Assembly (NCBI GenBank): GCA_035304685.1
Contig: DATGPS010000035.1
Span: forward strand, 27,904-91,903
From: Natronosporangium sp.
GTDB taxonomy: Bacteria > Actinomycetota > Actinomycetes > Mycobacteriales > Micromonosporaceae
Length of the DNA stretch: 64,000 bases
Reading direction: 5' to 3'
How positions within the stretch are numbered: the first letter of the stretch is position 1; each line of letters opens with the position of its first letter. Of this stretch, positions 56,367 through 64,000 are shown piece after piece. The position numbers and the translations under genes were made by a program. Below the pieces are notes generated by a model. The model was not told the DNA's origin, searched no databases, and saw nothing but the letters and a program-made list of their open reading frames with translations.

Positions 56367-57812
56367 CGGGGTCAGCAGGCCGAGCAGGTGGTCCGCGGCT
56401 GCCTGATCCAAGGCCCCGTCCTCGCGCAGCTCCTCGATCTCCTCCCGCAGGTCCTCGGCCCCTTCGCGCAACTCCCGCCCGCGCCGGCCCGGTGGCTCGG
56501 TCAAGGCCTTGCGCACGTCGGCGAGGTCGTCGCGCAGGTCGGCGGCGGTGTCCGGGTCGAGGATGCCCTGCTCCTCCAGCTCCGTCAGGGTCCGCTCCAG
56601 CTCGGCGAGCACCGTCTCCGGCCCGCGGACGGGGTGCAGCGGCGGGCCGGTCGTCCCGGCGCCGGACCCGCCACCGGGGTCAGCAGAGCCCGGGGCGGCG
56701 CCGACGTCGACCGGGTCGGGCGCCGTGCCGGGGCCTGATCCGTCCGGGCGAAGCGCCGCCGCCACCACGAGTACCAGCACCAGCAGCGCGACCGCGCCCG
56801 CTGCGGTCGCGAGCCGCCGGCCGCGGCGGCGGGGCGCCGGTGGCACCGGGTCTACCCGGGTGGCGGGCACGTCAACCAGGGTGGGCGGGTCGCCAGAGGC
56901 ACGCTGCGGCTCGGTCAGCCGGGTGCCCGGCGGGGTGGGCGCAGCCGATCCCGCCGCTGCCAGCGGCACCGTGGGGGCGGCGGAGACGGCCGCGCCGGTG
57001 GCCTCGGCCAGCACCGCGGCGACCTGTGCGGCCGGGGGCCGGTGTGCCGGGTCCGGGGCGCGGCACTGCTGGCACAGGCGGGCGACCGGCTCGGGCAGCC
57101 CCGGCACCTCGAGCGGAGGTGGAGGTGTGGCGGCGGCGGCTGCCGCCCCGGACAGGTCGGCGGACGGTACGGCGGCCGGGCCGGCGAGCGCTTCGTAGAG
57201 CAGCACCCCGAGCGAGTAGACGTCGCTGGCCGGCTGGGTCGGGCCACCGTCGAACCGCTCCGGCGCCGCGTACCGGGGCGTGCCGAGCAGCCGGCCCGGG
57301 TCCTCACCCACGCGCCCGGCAACCGCGGCGATGCCGAAGTCCAGCACCTTCACGCCGTCGTCGGTGAGCATGACGTTGCCGGGCTTGATGTCGCGGTGTA
57401 CCACGCCCAGCTTGTGCGCGGCCGCGAGGGCGGCGGCCACCTGGGCACCGATCCGCACCACCTCTTGCCACGGCAGCGGCCCACGCGCCAGCCGCTGTGC
57501 CAAGGTCTGCCCCTGGACCAGCTCCATCACCAGGTATCCGGCGGTCTCACCGGTGGGCAGCGGCACCTCGCCGTAGTCGTGGACCTGGGTCACGCCCGGG
57601 TGGTTGATGCGGGCGGCGGCGCGCGCCTCCCGCCACGTCGCCGCCCGCATCGGCGGATCGGCGAGCAGCGGAGAGAGCAGTACCTTGACCGCCACGTCCC
57701 GGCCGAGCAGCTCGTCGGTTGCCCGCCACACCTCCGACATGCCGCCGGCACCGATCCGCTCCACCAGCGTGAACCGGTCCGAGAGACGCTGACCCGGACT
57801 GAACATCGACAC
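56352..57812 (-). CDS. Membrane Ser/Thr protein kinase
   Basis: GAGGMSEVW, VAVK, HRDIKPGN, DFG, GTPRYAAPE and SDVYSLG; TM helix and acidic helical C-terminus. Confidence 0.93.
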   Translation of the reverse strand: MSMFSPGQRLSDRFTLVERIGAGGMSEVWRATDELLGRDVAVKVLLSPLLADPPMRAATWREARAAARINHPGVTQVHDYGEVPLPTGETAGYLVMELVQGQTLAQRLARGPLPWQEVVRIGAQVAAALAAAHKLGVVHRDIKPGNVMLTDDGVKVLDFGIAAVAGRVGEDPGRLLGTPRYAAPERFDGGPTQPASDVYSLGVLLYEALAGPAAVPSADLSGAAAAAATPPPPLEVPGLPEPVARLCQQCRAPDPAHRPPAAQVAAVLAEATGAAVSAAPTVPLAAAGSAAPTPPGTRLTEPQRASGDPPTLVDVPATRVDPVPPAPRRRGRRLATAAGAVALLVLVLVVAAALRPDGSGPGTAPDPVDVGAAPGSADPGGGSGAGTTGPPLHPVRGPETVLAELERTLTELEEQGILDPDTAADLRDDLADVRKALTEPPGRRGRELREGAEDLREEIEELREDGALDQAAADHLLGLLTPLLGA

Positions 57813-57925
57813 CTCGCTAGTGTGCCAGTCCAGTGCCGCCCGGCCGCCCGAGCGACCGCCGCCGCGCGGGCCGGACGGTCCGCCGCGCGGACCGTCCGGG
57901 GGTCATCGCGGGTCGGACGGTGCCC

Positions 57926-59260
57926 TCACCCGGCCGGCGCGATGGTCGGCCAGAGGTCGGAGTCGGGCGGGGTCCAGGTGGCCGGGTCCGCCGGGACCTG
58001 GTCGCCGGAGCGGATGTCCTTGACCTCGTGACCTTCCCCCCCGCTACCGGGGAACCAGACGTACGGGATCCCGCGCCGGTCGGCGTACCGGATCTGCTTG
58101 CCGTACTTGGCGGCGGTGGGCGAGACCTCGGTGGCGATGCCGCGGCGGCGCAGCGCGGTGGCGACCCGGTCGCAGGCCGGCCGGGACTCCTCCGCCGGCA
58201 CGGCCACCAGCACGCAGGTCGGCACGGGACGGGACACCGTCAGCGCACCGCGGCCGAACAGCGCACCTAGGATGCGGGTCACGCCGATGGAGATCCCCAC
58301 CCCCGGGTACCGGTCGTCACCTGCGGTGGCGAGGGTGTCGTACCGGCCGCCGGAGCAGATCGACCCCAGGTGCTCGTAGCCGTGCAGCACGGTCTCGTAG
58401 ACGGTGCCGGTGTAGTAGTCCAGGCCACGGGCGATGCTCAGGTCGGCCACCACCACCCCGGGCGTGTGCTCGGCGGCGGCCTCCACCACGCTGACCAGCT
58501 CGGCCAGGCCCTCATCCAGCAGCGGGTCGCTCACGCCCAGGGCCTGTACCCGCGCCACGAACGAGGCGTCGCCGGTGCGGATCTCACCCAGCGCCAGGCA
58601 CGCCTTGGCCTGGGCGTCGGTGGCGCCGGCGGTCTCCGTCAGCAGGGCGGCCACCCCGTCCGGGCCGATCTTGTCGAGCTTGTCCACGGCGCGCAGCGCC
58701 GCCGCCGGATCGGTGATCCCGATACCCCGGTAGAAGCCCTCGCAGATCTTGCGATTGTTGGTGCGGATGGTCACCGGCGGGATCGGCAGGCCGGAGAGGG
58801 CGTCCGCGGCGGTCAGCGCCACCTCCACGTCGTGGTGCAGCGCCAGCGAACCCCGGTCGACCACGTCGATGTCGGCCTGCCAGAACTCCCGGTAGCGCCC
58901 TTCCTGCGGCCGCTCTCCCCGCCAGGCCGGCTGGATCTGGTACCGCCGGAACGGGAACTGCAGCTTGCCCGCGTGTTCAAGCACATACCGGGCGAAGGGT
59001 ACGGTCAGGTCGAAGTGCAGACCCAGCGCCGCGTCGGAGGAGTCCTGCGCATCGGCCTGCAGCCGCCGCAGCACATAGACCTCCTTGGAGGTCTCACCTT
59101 TGCGCAGCAGCTGATCCAGCGGTTCGACCGCCCGGGTCTGCAGCGGGCTGAAGCCGTGCAGTTCGAAGGTCCGCCGGATCCGCTCGACGATCTGCTGCTC
59201 GATGATCCGCTGCGGCGGTAGCCACTCCGGGAAGCCGGACAGTGGCCTCGGTCTGGTCAT
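57926..59260 (-). CDS. hisS: Histidine--tRNA ligase
   Basis: FDLTVP, RGERPQEGRYREF, RGLDYYTG and SGGRYD motifs. Confidence 0.97.
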   Translation of the reverse strand: MTRPRPLSGFPEWLPPQRIIEQQIVERIRRTFELHGFSPLQTRAVEPLDQLLRKGETSKEVYVLRRLQADAQDSSDAALGLHFDLTVPFARYVLEHAGKLQFPFRRYQIQPAWRGERPQEGRYREFWQADIDVVDRGSLALHHDVEVALTAADALSGLPIPPVTIRTNNRKICEGFYRGIGITDPAAALRAVDKLDKIGPDGVAALLTETAGATDAQAKACLALGEIRTGDASFVARVQALGVSDPLLDEGLAELVSVVEAAAEHTPGVVVADLSIARGLDYYTGTVYETVLHGYEHLGSICSGGRYDTLATAGDDRYPGVGISIGVTRILGALFGRGALTVSRPVPTCVLVAVPAEESRPACDRVATALRRRGIATEVSPTAAKYGKQIRYADRRGIPYVWFPGSGGEGHEVKDIRSGDQVPADPATWTPPDSDLWPTIAPAG

Positions 59261-59265
59261 CTCTC

Positions 59266-60030
59266 CTACCATCCTCGGGTCGGACCCGGGCCGGCGCCGG
59301 CCGCGCCGGCCGCCACCTGGCGCAGGTACGGATTGTCGGCGCGCTCCCGGCCGATGCTGGTGATCGGCCCGTGGCCGGGCAGGACCACGGTCTGATCCGC
59401 CAGCGGCAGGATCTTCTCCCGCAAGCTGGCCAGCATCTGCGGCATGCTGCCACCGGGCAGGTCGGTACGCCCGATCGACCCGGCGAAGAGCACGTCACCG
59501 GAGAAGCACAGCTCGCCGCTCTCCCACGGCGTCTCCACCATCGACGGTACGGCCAGACCCTCCCGCGCGGGTGGCGAACCCCCGGCAGACAACCGGAAGA
59601 GCACCGAACCCCGGGTGTGGCCGGGCGCGTGCGCGACCGTCAGCTCCAGCCCGGCCAGCTTCAAGGTGGCGCCGTCGGTCAGGGGCGCCACGTCCTCCGG
59701 CTCGCTGTAGGGCAGTCGCCCGCCGAACAGGCTCGCCAGGTCAGTGGAGAGGCCCTTCGCCGGGTCGGCGAGCAGCTCCCGGTCATCGGGGTGGATGTAC
59801 GCGGTGACTCCGCGGGCACCGCAGACCGGCGCCACGGAGAAGGTGTGGTCCAGGTGGCCGTGGGTGAGCAGCACCGCCGCGGGGTGTAGGTGATACCGCG
59901 CCAGCATTTCGTCGAGCTGACCGAGCACCCCGATGCCGGGATCGACGATCAGGCACTGCTCACCCGCCGCGGGGGCGAGCACATAGCAGTTAGTGCCGAA
60001 CGCGTCCGCCGGAAACCCGGCTACCAGCAC
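59266..60030 (-). CDS. MBL-fold metallo-hydrolase (glyoxalase II-like)
   Basis: THGHLDH, PGHT, SGDVLF, GRTD and PGHG motifs. Confidence 0.92.
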   Translation of the reverse strand: MLVAGFPADAFGTNCYVLAPAAGEQCLIVDPGIGVLGQLDEMLARYHLHPAAVLLTHGHLDHTFSVAPVCGARGVTAYIHPDDRELLADPAKGLSTDLASLFGGRLPYSEPEDVAPLTDGATLKLAGLELTVAHAPGHTRGSVLFRLSAGGSPPAREGLAVPSMVETPWESGELCFSGDVLFAGSIGRTDLPGGSMPQMLASLREKILPLADQTVVLPGHGPITSIGRERADNPYLRQVAAGAAGAGPGPTRGW

Positions 60031-60193
60031 GAGACCCCACCTTCACACTCGAGCGGATAGTATCGTCCAGCGCCGATGCCGATCCTGCCCGGCGTTGGAC
60101 CCCTGGTCCACCCTATTCTCAGGGTGAACCCGTACACTCAGCCGGGCGCGGTGTGGCGCGGCCTGGACCACATCACCTGCGGAGGCGACGCCC

Positions 60194-61093
60194 GTGGCAT
60201 CGAGCAAGACCCGCCAGCGCAAGCTGGAGCGGGACCGGTATGAGCGCAAACTGGCGCGGCGCGCCCAGCAGCAGCGCCGCCGGCGGCGAGTGCGGTCCGG
60301 TCTCGGCGCCGCCGCGATCGCGGCGCTGCTCGGTGTGGGGACCGCCTGGCAGATGGGCGTGTTCGAGCCCGCCCCGCCGGAGCGGCCGCTGGCCGACCGC
60401 TGTTTCTGGCAGGAGCACGAGGGCGAGCACCTGGTGGATGTCGGCACGCCCGACCCGAACCCGCCCACCGAAGGGTTCCGCCGGGTCACGCTGGACCTGG
60501 ACGCCGGGGACGCCGGCTCCGGCGAAGTCGAGATCGCGGTCAACGTCGCCGGCGACCCGTGCGGGACGGCCACCGTGGAGTACCTCGCCGCGGAAGGCTT
60601 CTACGACGGCACGACCTGCCACGAGCTGACCGCGGAGGGGGCCCTGCGCTGCGGTGACCCCAGCGGCACCGGGGAGGGCGGCCCGGCGTACATCTTCTAC
60701 GGCCAGAACCTGCCCGTCCCGCCGGCCGAGCCCACGCCCGAGCCCACCGGCTCGCCGGGGGCCACCGCCGCACCGACCGGTTCCCCGCAGCCGGAGACGG
60801 ACGAGACCGACGCGCCCGAGGACGCCGCCGAGCCGCTCTACCCGGCGGGCACGGTGGTGTTCGCCGACGTGGCCGGCGCGAACAACAGCCAGTTCATGAT
60901 CTTCTATGAAGACTACGACCCGGACGGGCCGGTCTGGCCGATCCTGGGCACCGTGACCAAGGGCCTGGAGCTGGTGGCCGCGATCGGCGAAGCCGGTACC
61001 GACGGTGACCTGCCGGGCCCGCCGGTGGAGGAGGTCCAGCTCCGGTCGCTGACCGTGGTGAACCCGGCGGCCGGGGGTGCCGAAGACTCCTAG
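60194..61093 (+). CDS. Membrane-anchored cyclophilin-like protein, degenerate active site
   Basis: Basic N-terminus and TM; FYDGTTCHEL...LRCGDP.GTG.GGP, NSQFMI and ILGTV. Confidence 0.82.
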   Translation: MASSKTRQRKLERDRYERKLARRAQQQRRRRRVRSGLGAAAIAALLGVGTAWQMGVFEPAPPERPLADRCFWQEHEGEHLVDVGTPDPNPPTEGFRRVTLDLDAGDAGSGEVEIAVNVAGDPCGTATVEYLAAEGFYDGTTCHELTAEGALRCGDPSGTGEGGPAYIFYGQNLPVPPAEPTPEPTGSPGATAAPTGSPQPETDETDAPEDAAEPLYPAGTVVFADVAGANNSQFMIFYEDYDPDGPVWPILGTVTKGLELVAAIGEAGTDGDLPGPPVEEVQLRSLTVVNPAAGGAEDS

Positions 61094-61187
61094 CCGACCC
61101 GCCCGACGATCGCCCCCCACGATCGCCCGACGACCGGCCCCGCGACCTCGCCGTCCGGGGCCGCTACCCCCGAAGGAGAAGACCGCT

Positions 61188-62024
61188 GTGACGTCCACCA
61201 GGGAGCGCCAGCAACGTGCTGCCGCCCGGGCGCGTCTGGCCCGGGAGATGGCCGAGCGACAAGCCGCCGCCCGCAAGCGCCGGCAGCGGAACCTGATCGT
61301 CGGAGCCGTCGCCGCCGCGCTGCTGGTGGCGGCCGGCACGGCCTGGGCCGTGGTGGCCGCCCTCGGCGACGACGAAGTGGAGCCGAGCGCGGCCGCCACC
61401 CCGGCGGCTACGCCGTCGCCGGACCCGGCCGCCTCCGACGAATGCACGTGGATACCGGAGGATCCCTCCACGAACCCGGCCTTCAACGCGCTCACCGACG
61501 TCGGCACCCCGCCACCGGGCGAGCCCCGGGAGGGCATCTCCACCGTCACTTTGGAGACCAACCTCGGGGTGGTGGAGTTCGAGATGGACCGGTCGCTGGT
61601 CCCGTGCACCGCGGCGAGCTTCACCCACCTCGCCGAGGTGGACTTCTACGACGGTAGCGCCTGCCACCGGCTGGTGGACGGGAACATCCACGTGCTCCAG
61701 TGCGGCGACCCGACCGGTACCAGCCAGGGTGGACCCACCTACCGGTTCGCCGAGGAGAACCTGCCGGCCGGCGAGGATCCGCCCTACCCCCGCGGCGTCG
61801 TGGCGATGGCCAAGACCCAAGCGCCTTCCAGCACCGGCAGCCAGTTCTTCTTCGTGTTCGAAGACACGGTGCTGCCAGCGGAGTACACCGTGGTCGGCAC
61901 GGTTACCGAGGGCATGGACATCATCGACCAGGTCGCCGCCGCCGGGCACAACGGCGAGATGGACGAGGGCTACCCCAACGAGGAGATCATCATCGAGGAC
62001 ATGCGGGTCAGCGACCCGAGCTGA
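61188..62024 (+). CDS. ppiB: Membrane-anchored cyclophilin-type peptidyl-prolyl isomerase
   Basis: FYDGSACHRL...LQCGDPTG, VAMA, GSQFFF and YTVVGTV; GTG start after AAGGAG. Confidence 0.88.
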   Translation: MTSTRERQQRAAARARLAREMAERQAAARKRRQRNLIVGAVAAALLVAAGTAWAVVAALGDDEVEPSAAATPAATPSPDPAASDECTWIPEDPSTNPAFNALTDVGTPPPGEPREGISTVTLETNLGVVEFEMDRSLVPCTAASFTHLAEVDFYDGSACHRLVDGNIHVLQCGDPTGTSQGGPTYRFAEENLPAGEDPPYPRGVVAMAKTQAPSSTGSQFFFVFEDTVLPAEYTVVGTVTEGMDIIDQVAAAGHNGEMDEGYPNEEIIIEDMRVSDPS

Positions 62025-62043
62025 GTGCGGTCCCACGCGACAC

Positions 62044-62095
62044 CCCGGTGCGGGTATGCCCGGGTGCGGTAATGCCCGGGTGCGGTAATGCCCGG
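62044..62095. repeat. Short 16-nt tandem repeat between convergent ppiB and relA
   Basis: CCCGGGTGCGGTAATG at 62059 and 62075, plus a degenerate copy just upstream. Confidence 0.8.
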
Positions 62096-62144
62096 CGTTG
62101 GGCGTGCCCGGCGTGGGCGGGCCCGGTGTTGGGCGTGCTGGGGG

Positions 62145-64000
<1,856 letters not shown>

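Overview
High-GC actinobacterial chromosome segment. Gene content (BldD, MihF, Rv1747-type FHA-ABC transporter, several Ser/Thr kinases) suggests a filamentous Micromonosporaceae-like actinomycete; this is inference. Most of the window is the conserved minus-strand housekeeping run relA-hisS-aspS-rarA-alaS-ruvX-mltG-aroE/C/K/B/Q-efp-nusB ... bldD/pyrR-pyrB-pyrC-carA-carB ... pyrD-pyrF-mihF-gmk-rpoZ-coaBC-metK-priA-def-fmt-rsmB-rpe, ending at an FMN riboswitch and the start of ribD. The standout is a ~6.7 kb block (30853-37567) between bldD and nusB. It holds a divergent MarR regulator with repeated palindromic operators and a tightly coupled six-gene operon: stand-alone RibB (DHBP synthase), PlsC-type acyltransferase-TPR fusion, MMPL exporter, unknown protein, FabG-like reductase and SRPBCC/START protein. 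It reads like a pathway that diverts the riboflavin precursor DHBP into an exported acylated product, possibly a butanetriol-backbone lipid or a small signal molecule. That is a hypothesis; no searches were run. Other oddities include bioA embedded between pyrD and pyrF, a probable pseudokinase facing an SBP-vWA gene, a degenerate/intact cyclophilin pair, T-x-x-L repeats in the FHA linker, an RD/RE tail on RsmB and unusual substitutions in PyrB, PyrR and CarB. No rRNA, tRNA, CRISPR array or transposase was seen.
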